Part shown: in pieces, positions 36,293 to 46,752 of the stretch | Numbering within the stretch: the first letter of the stretch is position 1 | Layout: each line of letters starts with the position of its first letter | Assembly (NCBI GenBank): GCA_024275655.1 | Contig: JAJRYR010000036.1 | Span: forward strand, 1-51,972 | Length of the DNA stretch: 51,972 nt | Direction of reading: 5' to 3' | Source of the DNA: an archaeon | Lineage (GTDB): Archaea; B1Sed10-29; WALL01; WAMD01 | Notes under the pieces: generated by a model | The model's database searches: none | The model's input: the letters and a program-made list of their open reading frames with translations, nothing else | What the model was told of the DNA's origin: nothing | Translations under genes and position numbers: made by a program

Positions 36293-37357
36293 GTGGAAAT
36301 AGCCATAATAACCGGACATCCAAGCAGGGGGATAAAAGCAGATAGAGAGGTTGCAAGACAGTTGGAAGAGCTAAAAGAAAAATTTGGGTTTGAGGAGGTC
36401 GTACTGGTTAGTGATGGTGCAGACGACGAGCAATTGATACCCGTCATCCAGGGGATAACGCGGATTGCAAATATCCAGAGAGTGGTTATAAAGCAGTCAC
36501 AAGCCATAGAGAGCTCATTTTACCTGCTGAAGGAAGTGCTGAAAGACCCCCATTTTGCTAGGATTATATTCGGTCTTCCTGGGATCGCACTGGTGATTTA
36601 TGCTATTGTATATTTACTTGGAATCGAAAGGCTTTCTTTCAATGTGATAATAGGGCTCATAGGAGCTTACTTGATAATGAAAGGGTTTGGAATAGAGGAC
36701 TCAATAATGAAGTGGTTATCCTCATTCAAGAAGACCACCAGCATTGAAAGAGCTAGCTTTCCCTTGTACATTTCCTCTCTGCTAGTCATTCTGTTGGCCA
36801 TATGGTCAGGAATGGATGCATCCAATTACTTCTCAAGGCAATTGGCAGTACTCGGAGAATCAAATACGGTAATACCTGCTATTGCATTCATTAGCGGTGC
36901 ACTGGGTCTGTTAACATTGGCAATACTACTATTTTTTGCCGGGAGAATCGTGGACATGTACCATAGAGGAGAAGTGCTCCAAATAAGGAGATACGCTAGG
37001 TCTTTAGTTACTACAATTGCAGCGTATTTAATTCTGGAGGTAGCGATAAAGTTCTTCATAGCCTGGACTTCCAGGTTAATCAGCGGTCCAACATTCCTAG
37101 ACATCCTAATAATGGTCATTCTAGCCGTGCTAATAACCTTCCTTGGCTTCTCCCTGATTGCAGGTATTTACAAAAAACTAATCGTGAGACACATAAAGAA
37201 AGGTATGATCGTGAAAAGAGATGGGAAAGAGATTGGAAAGGTGGCCGGCGTAGATGGAAAGAAGGGAATCATACACATAACTACTGAAGAAAAGCGGATT
37301 AGCATCCCCATAACCAAAATTGAATTCCTAGGTCAGGGGGAAATAGAGATCCTCTAA
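36293..37357 (+). CDS. DUF373-like archaeal membrane protein (GTG start as called)
   Basis: Cytoplasmic N-domain, then 6-7 TM helices, then a C-terminal beta-rich domain. Confidence 0.45.
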   Translation: MEIAIITGHPSRGIKADREVARQLEELKEKFGFEEVVLVSDGADDEQLIPVIQGITRIANIQRVVIKQSQAIESSFYLLKEVLKDPHFARIIFGLPGIALVIYAIVYLLGIERLSFNVIIGLIGAYLIMKGFGIEDSIMKWLSSFKKTTSIERASFPLYISSLLVILLAIWSGMDASNYFSRQLAVLGESNTVIPAIAFISGALGLLTLAILLFFAGRIVDMYHRGEVLQIRRYARSLVTTIAAYLILEVAIKFFIAWTSRLISGPTFLDILIMVILAVLITFLGFSLIAGIYKKLIVRHIKKGMIVKRDGKEIGKVAGVDGKKGIIHITTEEKRISIPITKIEFLGQGEIEIL

Positions 37358-37393
37358 CTCATTCTTATAAATCCCTCCTACCTAGTTATAGAC

Positions 37394-39475
37394 ATGAGAG
37401 TTTCCCATTTACTAGCGGGGATTTTGATTCTGGCAACAGCCCTAGCGATAAACCCGTCAATAGTCACTAGACTAGAAGCGAACGTGTACATAACTGGCGA
37501 GTTGGAGGTAAATGGGGATATCCAGTACATAGATCTTAACCTCACAATACCTCAAAACACGACCAACCAGCTTTCTATTTGTAATGCTACTTTGATAGAT
37601 GTGGATGGAGTTAAGATGGCCCACCTACACTTTGAAAATCCTTCTGGTACAATTAGATACAAAATAGTGTGCCAGGTAGAGACAAGTGAACAGATAACCA
37701 CCAGCCTGCCAAGGAACTACGACACCGACGAGTACCACGAGTACACTCTGCCAAGTGAAGGAGTACCTAGTGACGACCCCCAGATAAAAGAATTGGCTGA
37801 AAGCATAGTGGCTGGCAGTGCATCTGATTTTGAAAGACTGGCTAGATTAACACAGTGGGTACACAACTACATAAATTACGATGAGTCAGTAACTGGTGAT
37901 TATCTAGATACATACACAATACTGAGCAAAAGAAAGGGAGTGTGTGTTGAGTATGCCACTCTGTTTGTTACCCTCGCGAGAGCTTTAGGTTATCCGACTA
38001 GATTCGTTGGGGGAATAGCGTACGGTGACCAAGGTCCAACCGGCCACATGTGGGCGGAGGTGTATCTAGGGAAGTGGGTCCCATTTGATCCCACATGGAA
38101 CCTGGGAGGAAGTCTAGACGCGACACATATTTCATTTTACAAAACAAGGTACAGAGCAATAGAATCGAAAATAAAATACGTAGGTACTGGAGGATATGTT
38201 AACTGGGAAACGACAACATCTGAAGAGGGGTTCAATTCAGGACTAGGAGATATCGTGATAGATTACATGGAAACTGGGGACTACCCTGTAGAATACAAAA
38301 CTTACATGCCTGCGAAGAAAATCGGATTTTCCTCCTCGACGTTTGTGCTGTTGAACTTAACCACAGACAGATACCTTGTAGTGCCAATCACCATAACAGA
38401 ATGCTCGGGATCAGAGGACATTGTGGACATACCCAATAAAACGGTCACAATTCCCTTGGAACCGAATGTGCCAAAACTAGTTTACTGGAAGGTGTACTCT
38501 AACAAATTGGATCCAAAATACATTTATACCTGTCCATTAACCATAAACTCCGCGTTTCTAGAAACTTCCAGCCTGGATCTGCAAATACTCTCCATGCTAG
38601 TCCCCTCATTTGAAGTTTCTGTATCAAATTCCAAGCCCATATTAGACGAAAATTTCTATGTTTATGTTGAATCCAAAGACTCTCTCAAATTTTATGCTGT
38701 CTACAATGATCAGCTCGAGGAAGGATACGGAACTGATGTCATACTTGGATTTACCGCGAACAAACTAGGAACATCCAACCTAGTTGTCACATCCAGCAAG
38801 GGGGGTGTGATAGAGATACCCATTTCAACCTCTGCACCTGAGGGACTTTCCATATCTAGGGTACTGTACCCCAAGGCCGTGATAGTGGGGCAAACTGAGA
38901 CAATTCAGGTATTGCTTTCCAATCCATCCAAAACTGCTGTACCTGTCACGATATATCTCACCAATGATGGAAAAATCACTAAAAAGATATTGAAGTTGAG
39001 CGAGAACAAGATAGTATCCTTCAATGTGACATTCAACACCCCTGGATATCATCAACTTGTCATTGAGCTGGAGGGCGGAGGAGTGTATGACAGAAAGACT
39101 GCAATGATAAAGGTGGTGGAAAGGCCTGATATTGCTATAACAAAACAGCAAATTGTTGGTGATTTCATAATCCTAGATCTCAATGTTTCTGGTGATCCTG
39201 TTAACCCACAAATAACCATAGATGGAAAACCGTATACGTTCTCGGAGCATTTCAAGGCAAGATTGGACTCTGGAAAACACCTTATATCCATCATGTGGGA
39301 AGACGAACTTGGAAATACATACAAGAAAGAACTGAGTATAGATATTCAGTCATCCGAAATAAGTAACCTCAATATGTTTATGCTAATCTTTATTCTAATG
39401 TTGGCGGTTGCGTTGGTACTAGTAATAATAGCAATACTACTCATAGTAAAAACAAAACCAAAAGTGGCTCAGTAG
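37394..39475 (+). CDS. Secreted, membrane-anchored transglutaminase-like cysteine protease domain protein
   Basis: Signal peptide. Core GVCVEYATLFVTLARALGYPTRFVGG...TGHMWAEVYLGKWVPFDPT supplies the Cys-His-Asp. C-terminal TM. Confidence 0.7.
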   Translation: MRVSHLLAGILILATALAINPSIVTRLEANVYITGELEVNGDIQYIDLNLTIPQNTTNQLSICNATLIDVDGVKMAHLHFENPSGTIRYKIVCQVETSEQITTSLPRNYDTDEYHEYTLPSEGVPSDDPQIKELAESIVAGSASDFERLARLTQWVHNYINYDESVTGDYLDTYTILSKRKGVCVEYATLFVTLARALGYPTRFVGGIAYGDQGPTGHMWAEVYLGKWVPFDPTWNLGGSLDATHISFYKTRYRAIESKIKYVGTGGYVNWETTTSEEGFNSGLGDIVIDYMETGDYPVEYKTYMPAKKIGFSSSTFVLLNLTTDRYLVVPITITECSGSEDIVDIPNKTVTIPLEPNVPKLVYWKVYSNKLDPKYIYTCPLTINSAFLETSSLDLQILSMLVPSFEVSVSNSKPILDENFYVYVESKDSLKFYAVYNDQLEEGYGTDVILGFTANKLGTSNLVVTSSKGGVIEIPISTSAPEGLSISRVLYPKAVIVGQTETIQVLLSNPSKTAVPVTIYLTNDGKITKKILKLSENKIVSFNVTFNTPGYHQLVIELEGGGVYDRKTAMIKVVERPDIAITKQQIVGDFIILDLNVSGDPVNPQITIDGKPYTFSEHFKARLDSGKHLISIMWEDELGNTYKKELSIDIQSSEISNLNMFMLIFILMLAVALVLVIIAILLIVKTKPKVAQ

Positions 39476-39580
39476 TTACTCCTGGTCATCACCCTTCAGC
39501 CTGGGGCGATGTCATCATTGCCAGCTAGTTTTTGTTTTGGGTTAATATAAGAGTTACAGTAAAATTGTCCCACTAACTAA

Positions 39581-39928
39581 TCACAACTCCAAAACTTTCT
39601 CCATCTTCTTTATCAATCTCTTTTTCTCTGGGCAGTCTACCAGTGCCTCTTTTATGACATCCAGTATTGTCCTAACAGGAATGATTTTCACCTTGCCCAC
39701 CTTCTCTTTGGATAAAAAAACATCGTCCCTATTGGCTTCTGGAATGATAACCCTTTTTATACCTGCCTCTATAGCGGCCTCTATTTTTGGTGTCACTCCA
39801 CCAACAGGTAAAACTTCGCCTCTAATGCTGAGAGATCCTGTCATAGCGATGTCCTGCCTAACTGGGATCCCCTCAAGTGCGGAGATGACTGAAGTGGCCA
39901 CGCTAACCGAAGCGGAGTCCCCTTCCAC
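39581..39928 (-). CDS. lonB: LonB protease, C-terminal proteolytic segment (catalytic Ser and Lys); same frame as 39980-41518
   Basis: [16 protein letters not shown] holds the catalytic Ser and [16 protein letters not shown] the catalytic Lys. GTG as called. The frame is open upstream to the TAG at 39980. Confidence 0.8.
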   Translation of the reverse strand: MEGDSASVSVATSVISALEGIPVRQDIAMTGSLSIRGEVLPVGGVTPKIEAAIEAGIKRVIIPEANRDDVFLSKEKVGKVKIIPVRTILDVIKEALVDCPEKKRLIKKMEKVLEL

Positions 39929-39979
39929 ACCCTCATACGTCTGTAGGAACTGTATATGAATGTCCTTACCAGCTAAACC

Positions 39980-41518
39980 CTAGCCCTTATATTTCTTTAC
40001 TATTGCGGAAACATTCAACACCGCTTCCTTCGCTATCTCCCCCAATTTTCCAGTAGCAATTATCTTTCCTTCCTTTGACTGAGATGGGGAGATGTTTGCC
40101 TCTATTGGAAGCACAAGCCCACCATTACCAAGAACAGCCAATCCATTTACCCTTCCTATCCTCTTCCCCTTGGTAATCAATACCTCGTACTCTTTCCTTT
40201 CCTCTATGTACTTGTCAGCCACTTGCTCTTCTAGAGTTTTAGCTAACCCCCTGGCCTCCTCAACATCCTCTGGAAGTACATATTGGTGTCCCTTTGCATT
40301 TGCAATATCCCCTGCGGCTCTAACCAATCCACCCAGATCCCTAAGTTTCAAAGTTAGTCTATTCTTCCTTCCAGCCCTTCTCTTGGCCTCTAGAATTATG
40401 AGCTCTACAGCCTCCTTGGTAAAATGAGGTATCTTGCCATCCTTCACTACTTCTTGGGCAACGAACCTAACCAGCTTTCTTCGGTTCTCTGGCGTGTCGG
40501 GCATGGTATCGTTCAAATAGATCTCGTATCCGTATCCTCTAATCCTTGACCTCAATGCAGGATGCATCTTTTTTAAATCAATCTCGTTTCCAGCCGCCAC
40601 CAGAATAAAGTCACAGGGGACAGGTTCCGTTCTTACCATGGCTCCGCTGCTCAATTCGCTTTGGCCAGTTATGGGGAATTTCTTCTCTTGCATGGCAGTC
40701 AGCAAGTCCTGCTGGGATTTGGGGCTCAAGGTTGCAATCTCATCTATGAACAGCACGCCCTTATGTGCTCTGTGTATCATACCTGGAACCACTCGCATGT
40801 GTGCTGGGGTTCCAAGGCCTGCGGACTGCAAGGGGTCGTGCTTAACATCTCCAAGCAACGCTCCTGCCTTTGCGCCAGTGGCATCTACAAAAGGAGCCAT
40901 GGTCTTTCCGGAATTGTCTATAAGAAGCTTGGGTGCCATGCTCTTTTCTGGATTGGTGGCCCTCACCTGCGTGGAGAGGATAACTCCTATCCCCAATAGA
41001 CCGGCCACAACCAGTGAAGCAGCAGCCATAGTTTCACTGACCCAGCCCATAGACAACATTATCCATGGAAGGGTCAACAGCACCAAAAGTATGAGTGTTG
41101 CTCCAAACCTAGAATTCGCAGTTTCTGAAAGTTCCTTCATCCTCTCTTGTTCCACTATCTTCCTTCCTTCTCCAGCTGGAACAGTTTTTATTTTAGGGGT
41201 ATTTGGATCTATCGGATTTGGATAAACTAGTATATCCTCCAGCTCAGTTACAGGCAAAAGCTCTGCCATTGCCTGAGCCAGCATGGATTTTCCAGTTCCA
41301 GGCTCACCCAATAGGAAGACATTCCTTCTTTGCCTCGCTGCCTTCTTTACTATCTCCACAGCGTGATCCTGTCCAATTATCTGGTCTATCAATTTTTTGG
41401 GGACGGGTATTTCCTCGGTTGTTTTGAAATCCCAGTCAACCACATATCCATTTCCAGCGCTATTTTCGCCTCTAGTTGAAACCTCCTCCCTAGACCGCTT
41501 GACCTTTCTCTTGACCAT
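39980..41518 (-). CDS. lonB: Membrane-bound archaeal Lon protease LonB, AAA+ module plus the start of the protease domain, terminated by an in-frame TAG
   Basis: Walker A GEPGTGKS. The two-TM insertion inside the AAA domain is the LonB hallmark. The ORF ends ...SAIVKKYKG*, mid-protease domain. Confidence 0.85.
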   Translation of the reverse strand: MVKRKVKRSREEVSTRGENSAGNGYVVDWDFKTTEEIPVPKKLIDQIIGQDHAVEIVKKAARQRRNVFLLGEPGTGKSMLAQAMAELLPVTELEDILVYPNPIDPNTPKIKTVPAGEGRKIVEQERMKELSETANSRFGATLILLVLLTLPWIMLSMGWVSETMAAASLVVAGLLGIGVILSTQVRATNPEKSMAPKLLIDNSGKTMAPFVDATGAKAGALLGDVKHDPLQSAGLGTPAHMRVVPGMIHRAHKGVLFIDEIATLSPKSQQDLLTAMQEKKFPITGQSELSSGAMVRTEPVPCDFILVAAGNEIDLKKMHPALRSRIRGYGYEIYLNDTMPDTPENRRKLVRFVAQEVVKDGKIPHFTKEAVELIILEAKRRAGRKNRLTLKLRDLGGLVRAAGDIANAKGHQYVLPEDVEEARGLAKTLEEQVADKYIEERKEYEVLITKGKRIGRVNGLAVLGNGGLVLPIEANISPSQSKEGKIIATGKLGEIAKEAVLNVSAIVKKYKG

Positions 41519-41570
41519 CTTATCACCAAAACTAGAACCGCCAATTATTTATTGTATTCAGTATAATAAA

Positions 41571-42533
41571 ATGCTTGTGTTGCTGGTTTATCTCTCAGGA
41601 GAAGGCAATGGATTTCTAGGTAGAGTAGAGATAGAGGAACTGGGGAAAGCGTATCACTGTCCAGTGAGAGCGAAGGAAAGACTAGCTCTAGTGGAGGATT
41701 GTGGAAAGGATTTCGTGTGGAGATTGGCGTATGCAAAACTTGCTGGAAAGATAATATCAGAAGGAAACCTGGGCGAAATAGAAGTATTGATGGCGGATCC
41801 CTATTTTAAAGAGGACCACACTGGCTTTGCAGTTAATGTTTGGAAGCTAAATACAGAAGTGGATAGCTCTGAGTTAAAGAAAAAATTTGGGGACTTGATT
41901 TCTGGGAAGCCGAATCTGAGCAACCCCAGGGAAATATTTGATCTATTTGTTAAGGAAAAACGCATTTGGATAACAAGAAGGATTTGGGAGAACGATCCGA
42001 AGGACTTTGCTGGGAGGCACCCTCAGAGGAAACCTGTTTTCCATCCAACAAGTCTAAAACCAAAGATCGCCAGGTGGCTGATCAATCTATCCGGGCTAAA
42101 ACCTGGACAGAGCCTCTTAGACCCCTTCTGCGGTGTTGGAGGCATACTGGTTGAAGCCGGCCTGCTGGGGATAAAATCCACTGGAGTGGAATTGGATAAA
42201 CGCTGGGCAGAGGGAGCGAGAAGGAACCTGGAATACTATGGAATAGAGAATGCTAGGATAATAAATGGGGATTTCTTCAAGTGGGAGAACGGCCAGTACG
42301 ACGCCATTGTAACTGACTTGCCCTATGGAAGGAGCTCAAAGATGCGGGGGGAGATGCTAAACTTCTATGGGCAGGCATTTGAAAAATTTGCAGAACACTC
42401 AAACAAAGCAGTTATAATGGGTCCCATGGACTTAGAAGCGACTCTAAAAAGATGTGGATGGAATGTAAAAAGAAAACTCTCACTTCCAGTCCATAAGAGC
42501 CTGAAAAGGTGGGTTCACATCTGCCTGCGATAG
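41571..42533 (+). CDS. THUMP-domain tRNA guanine-N2 methyltransferase (Trm11/Trm-G10 family); the track ORF 41397 is trimmed to the ATG at 41571 to remove overlap with lonB
   Basis: SAM motif I DPFCGVGGILVEA and motif IV DLPYG. Confidence 0.55.
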   Translation: MLVLLVYLSGEGNGFLGRVEIEELGKAYHCPVRAKERLALVEDCGKDFVWRLAYAKLAGKIISEGNLGEIEVLMADPYFKEDHTGFAVNVWKLNTEVDSSELKKKFGDLISGKPNLSNPREIFDLFVKEKRIWITRRIWENDPKDFAGRHPQRKPVFHPTSLKPKIARWLINLSGLKPGQSLLDPFCGVGGILVEAGLLGIKSTGVELDKRWAEGARRNLEYYGIENARIINGDFFKWENGQYDAIVTDLPYGRSSKMRGEMLNFYGQAFEKFAEHSNKAVIMGPMDLEATLKRCGWNVKRKLSLPVHKSLKRWVHICLR

Positions 42534-42904
42534 ATCTCCCAGTACTTTCTCACTTGCCTGCTGGTCACTTTCCATTTCCCAAAGTGCCTGTGGGACACCA
42601 ACGCCCCAGAAAAGCTCTTAGGTATGTGCAACAATTCATGGATGATTGTCTTTTCCTTTTCCTCCCGAGGGAGCTTATCAAACCTTTCCGAGATAACCTC
42701 TATAACATAGCTGGGTTCCCAGTCAAAGGCCACCTGGAAAACCCTAGACAATCCCCATATTCTAGCTAGGGCTCTAGATTTGCTGCCCCTGCTCCTCACG
42801 AACCTGACTCTAGACAGATCTATGTGGTCCCATCCCAGCTTATCAACTATGTCCTTAGCTAGAATTGCCAGGTCTGGAGCTGGTTCAAATTTTATCTTGC
42901 TCAT
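42515..42904 (-). CDS. Putative zinc metallopeptidase (HExxH; SprT/DUF45-like)
   Basis: TIIHELLHI motif. Confidence 0.35.
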   Translation of the reverse strand: MSKIKFEPAPDLAILAKDIVDKLGWDHIDLSRVRFVRSRGSKSRALARIWGLSRVFQVAFDWEPSYVIEVISERFDKLPREEKEKTIIHELLHIPKSFSGALVSHRHFGKWKVTSRQVRKYWEIYRRQM

Positions 42905-42996
42905 AAACTCACATCCGACAAGTGCCGATTCTAGGATTTGGTATCAGCAATATTTAATAAGGGGTACAATAAAAATTTGGCTGAGGTGATAAACGA

Positions 42997-44106
42997 ATGC
43001 TGGGGTTGACACCACTTGCAGAAAAGGCGATAAAAAAATTGAAGGAAGTTCACAAACCCGAAATAGACAAAAGATTAAGAGCTGCCCTAGAGAAAGAAAG
43101 AGAGTACATACCAAACGACCATCCTCTATTCCACGATGTTATTGATAAGTTGCTGGACTTCAACATGCGAGGTGGAAAGCGATTAAGGCCATCATTCATT
43201 GTGGAGGGGTATAGGTGTGTTGGTGGAAAGGACATGGATGCCATTTATGATGCCAGCCTGGTTATTGAAGGTAGCGAGGCCTGGCTCCTAATTCACGATG
43301 ACATAATGGATGATGACACCCTGAGAAGAGGGAAACCAACGATGCATGTCATGTACGAAAATGAACTCAAGAAGAGGGGTGTCCAGTTACCTCCAGAAAA
43401 GCTGAAACACATGGGGATATCCCTAGGCATGACCGTGGGGGATCTGCAAGCTGTTCTCACATACGAATGGCTGACAAAACCAGACTTTCCCAGGGAGCTG
43501 AAAGAAAAGGCACTGCAGAGGTATAACTTGGTCTTGAGATTAACTTGCTACGGGCAGATCCTAGATGTCATGGCCGAAACTATGCCACCAGAAGAAATCA
43601 AAGAGGAGGACGTGCTGCTGATTCACAGCTTGAAAACAAGCGCATACACATTGTGGGGTCCCCTTCAGATAGGCGCAATATTGGGGAATGCCACAGACAA
43701 GCAACTGGAAATCTTCTACAACTATGGCTACCCACTCGGTATAGCATTCCAGCTCCAAGATGACATTCTAGGTCTGTTTGGTGACGTCAAGAAAACTGGA
43801 AAACCTGCCCATTCAGACCTAAAAGAAGGAAAAAGAACCTTGTTGATAATCAAAGCTCTGGAAAATGCAACACCAGAGCAAAAGAAGAGATTACTTGAGA
43901 TATGGGGGAACAAGAACTTAACAGACGAGGATGCAGAGGAAGCTAGGGAGATAGTAAGAGAAACTGGCTCACTGGATTACAATAGAGAGCTAGCAAGAAA
44001 GCTGGCAGAAGAAGGGATGGCCGCAATGGAAGCCGCAGACTTTGATCCAGAGGGAAAAGAGTACTTGCTGGGAATTGCAGAGTTCCTCATAAACAGGGAG
44101 GTCTAG
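42997..44106 (+). CDS. trans-Isoprenyl diphosphate synthase (geranylgeranyl diphosphate synthase-like)
   Basis: FARM LIHDDIMDDD and SARM FQLQDDILG aspartate-rich motifs. Confidence 0.75.
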   Translation: MLGLTPLAEKAIKKLKEVHKPEIDKRLRAALEKEREYIPNDHPLFHDVIDKLLDFNMRGGKRLRPSFIVEGYRCVGGKDMDAIYDASLVIEGSEAWLLIHDDIMDDDTLRRGKPTMHVMYENELKKRGVQLPPEKLKHMGISLGMTVGDLQAVLTYEWLTKPDFPRELKEKALQRYNLVLRLTCYGQILDVMAETMPPEEIKEEDVLLIHSLKTSAYTLWGPLQIGAILGNATDKQLEIFYNYGYPLGIAFQLQDDILGLFGDVKKTGKPAHSDLKEGKRTLLIIKALENATPEQKKRLLEIWGNKNLTDEDAEEAREIVRETGSLDYNRELARKLAEEGMAAMEAADFDPEGKEYLLGIAEFLINREV

Positions 44107-45365
44107 GTTACTAGTCTTCCCCTTGTAAGCAGGTAGGGTGTGATCAAATCACCCCACCTATAATCTTCTTTGCTCGCAAGTTCTACTTGCGAGAGCACAT
44201 CAAACAAGTTCCCCACAAATACGCACCCTTTAACCGGGATTCTCTTTTCCCCATTTATCAGTATTCCATGATCAACGGTTAATGTGAAATCTCCAGTCTT
44301 CTCATTTATGGTGTGGTACCCCATCAAGGATCTCAATACTATGCAGTTGTCCCAACCATCCATGCTCTCCCTATCTGGGAAATCCACAACTATGTTAGTA
44401 ACATCTATTGATATCTTTGATCCTCCGTGCCTGAATCCATTTCCGGTGGATTCTGCCCTAACTTTCGTGGCGGTTATAGTATCATAAATAAAAGTTTTCA
44501 AAACGCCCTTATCTAACAACACCTTTTTCTTTGTCGGGACTCCTTCATCATCACTCGAAGTTGAACCTGGGAAATAGGGGATCCAGGGGTCCTCAACTAT
44601 TGTCAATTCCCCTAGAACTTTTTTACCAAGCTTTCCTGTCCAGGGACTGGTCTTCCTCCTCACCTCATCCCCATCAATCCAGTCCAGGATAACAGACAAA
44701 AACTCGTCAATTATGTCTGGATGCAAAGCAATCTTTCCATCCCACCCCATCTTTTTTGCCTTTGAGTTCTCAACAGCTTCCCTCCCCGCGTTTTTCCCCA
44801 GTTCTCTTGGAGCAAAATCTAGAACTCCTGACTCCCAAAAATCAAATCCTGAGCCAGTTCCTCTTTTTGCTCCAAATCCAAGAGATATTCCATTCTCCTT
44901 GTCAGAAAAGTTCACACCATTTGAATTTTCTATATATGTGTGGGTTTCACTAACACTGACCTCGCCCTGCATTGGTTCTGCCCCAGTCTCCTTTATTCCA
45001 TCTATACCCTCAAGAACTATATTCACAAGGTCTGCGAACTCCAGCTCAGAGACCTGCTTTGACCAGGTTTTCACCTTCTGGTAATCTTTCTTTTCTGGAA
45101 AGTGATAGCCCTTTACAGGTTCTGTGTACTTGGTCATTTTGACTGCACTCTTCAATGCTCTATCAAATTCCTTCTCTAGGTCAAAGGAGACCATTGAAAC
45201 TCTCCCCTTCACATTCAGCCTAAGTCCATATCCTTGAAATATCTTCTCCAAACCTGCCTCTATCATGTCCCTATTATACCTAGCCTCAATTGTTCTCCCT
45301 TTCATGAAAAATATCTCTGCCTCCCCAAACCTCTCTGCCCTTCTGAGCATTGATTCCAAGCTCAT
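44103..45365 (-). CDS. pmbA: TldE/PmbA-family metalloprotease subunit
   Basis: Paralog of the upstream TldD with PmbA/TldD fold features. Overlapping stop and start suggest an operon. Confidence 0.65.
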   Translation of the reverse strand: MSLESMLRRAERFGEAEIFFMKGRTIEARYNRDMIEAGLEKIFQGYGLRLNVKGRVSMVSFDLEKEFDRALKSAVKMTKYTEPVKGYHFPEKKDYQKVKTWSKQVSELEFADLVNIVLEGIDGIKETGAEPMQGEVSVSETHTYIENSNGVNFSDKENGISLGFGAKRGTGSGFDFWESGVLDFAPRELGKNAGREAVENSKAKKMGWDGKIALHPDIIDEFLSVILDWIDGDEVRRKTSPWTGKLGKKVLGELTIVEDPWIPYFPGSTSSDDEGVPTKKKVLLDKGVLKTFIYDTITATKVRAESTGNGFRHGGSKISIDVTNIVVDFPDRESMDGWDNCIVLRSLMGYHTINEKTGDFTLTVDHGILINGEKRIPVKGCVFVGNLFDVLSQVELASKEDYRWGDLITPYLLTRGRLVT

Positions 45366-46720
45366 CCCAGCAACACCTCTTTAACAAAAACGTGTGGTCC
45401 CCCATCCCCTACTGGGACGCTTTGCCCGAATTTTCCACAAAGACCTGCTCCCCCAACCTTCAAGTCTTTTTCCACTTTCTCAACATTGTGGAGTATATCT
45501 AAAAAGTTCCCGGAAAAGGTAACATCTCTTAACATCTGCTTTATTTCCCCATCTTCTATCCAATAGCCATGCTGGGCTGTGAACTGGAAGAACCCAGAGT
45601 TTGGATCAGTACTTCCCCCAGTAGAGCTGTATATGTAAACCCCTTCCTTTATATCTTCCAGCATTTCCTCTAGTGAATAATCTCCCTTCTCAAAGAATGT
45701 GTTGCTCATCCTAACCAGCGGAAATCTTGAGACCCCACCGGCCCTAGCATTTCCAGTAGATCTAGTCCCCAACTCGCTGGCCGTTTCCCTTGAGTGCATG
45801 AAGCCCTTCAAAACCCCACTTTCTATCAAAACCGTTCTTTGACCAGGGACGCCCTCATAATCATAGCCATAGCTACCATAACCTCTCGGGATAGTCGCGT
45901 CATCAATTATGGTCACGTGTTCTGACCCTATCCTCTTTCCAAGCTTATCCTTGAGTATTGAGGTTCCATTTACGATTTCGTCCGCTTCGCAGGCATGGCC
46001 GACTGCCTCATGAGCAAAAACTCCTGCTGCATGGGGATCTAGGATCGCGGGGTACTTACCAGCCGGAGCTCTCTTTGCCTTCAATAGGTTTTTGGCATTG
46101 TTCACTGCTTCTTGGAACTTTCCATCTATCTTGTCAAATATCTCAAGGCCATAAAGGCCTCCAATCGATTCAAATGCAGATATAACAAAGTTCGATTTGG
46201 CTGTTGCGGATAGGAATATTCTAGTCCTGGGATACGACTGGGAAATGAAGGCCCCCTCCGTATTCAAGTAAAGCCGTTTAGCCTTCACATCAACATAATA
46301 AATTTGGATGTCCTTCACCTTACTAGGTATCTCTAAAGATCTGTAGGTCTCCTGTACCAATCCTGCCTTCTCGTCAATGCTCACGTCCAAGCTCTTCCTG
46401 GGTCTAACAACCCACTTGTCCTGGTAGACCTTCTCTTTTGAAAGCTTTGATCTCATGGGCCTTGGATTTGCCTTTGCTAGCTTTACTGCCTCCTTTAATA
46501 CTAGCTCCCAGTTCCTTGGATCAGTTGAGAAGGAAAAGCCAAAAGAGCCTTTAATCAAAACTCTAATTCCTATTCCAACATTTGCAGAAACCATAAGGTC
46601 CCTCACATTTCCATTTTCGAGCAATACCTTGTTCCTCCAGCTTCTCAACAAATTTGCCTCTGCAAATTCGTACCTCTCTAGTTCCCTCTGAAGCTTGTCA
46701 AGATCTAGACCAAAATCCAT
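45362..46720 (-). CDS. tldD: TldD metalloprotease
   Basis: FAHEAVGHACEAD is the HExxxH TldD signature. Confidence 0.75.
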   Translation of the reverse strand: MDFGLDLDKLQRELERYEFAEANLLRSWRNKVLLENGNVRDLMVSANVGIGIRVLIKGSFGFSFSTDPRNWELVLKEAVKLAKANPRPMRSKLSKEKVYQDKWVVRPRKSLDVSIDEKAGLVQETYRSLEIPSKVKDIQIYYVDVKAKRLYLNTEGAFISQSYPRTRIFLSATAKSNFVISAFESIGGLYGLEIFDKIDGKFQEAVNNAKNLLKAKRAPAGKYPAILDPHAAGVFAHEAVGHACEADEIVNGTSILKDKLGKRIGSEHVTIIDDATIPRGYGSYGYDYEGVPGQRTVLIESGVLKGFMHSRETASELGTRSTGNARAGGVSRFPLVRMSNTFFEKGDYSLEEMLEDIKEGVYIYSSTGGSTDPNSGFFQFTAQHGYWIEDGEIKQMLRDVTFSGNFLDILHNVEKVEKDLKVGGAGLCGKFGQSVPVGDGGPHVFVKEVLLG

Positions 46721-46752
46721 ACCAGAATAACTCAGAAGAAGTTAATAAGTTT

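Noticed and set aside
39980-39982. In-frame TAG in lonB as a pyrrolysine or amber-recoded codon
   Set aside because: TAG terminates several confidently assigned genes in the same window (speH, MAT, the regulator, two ATPases). No Pyl machinery is seen. It is more likely an error, a nonsense mutation or local readthrough.
41397-41570. N-terminal 58 residues of the track ORF 41397-42533
   Set aside because: They overlap the 5' end of lonB on the opposite strand and are proline/serine-rich. The ATG at 41571 is preceded by a TATA-like box and begins the THUMP domain.
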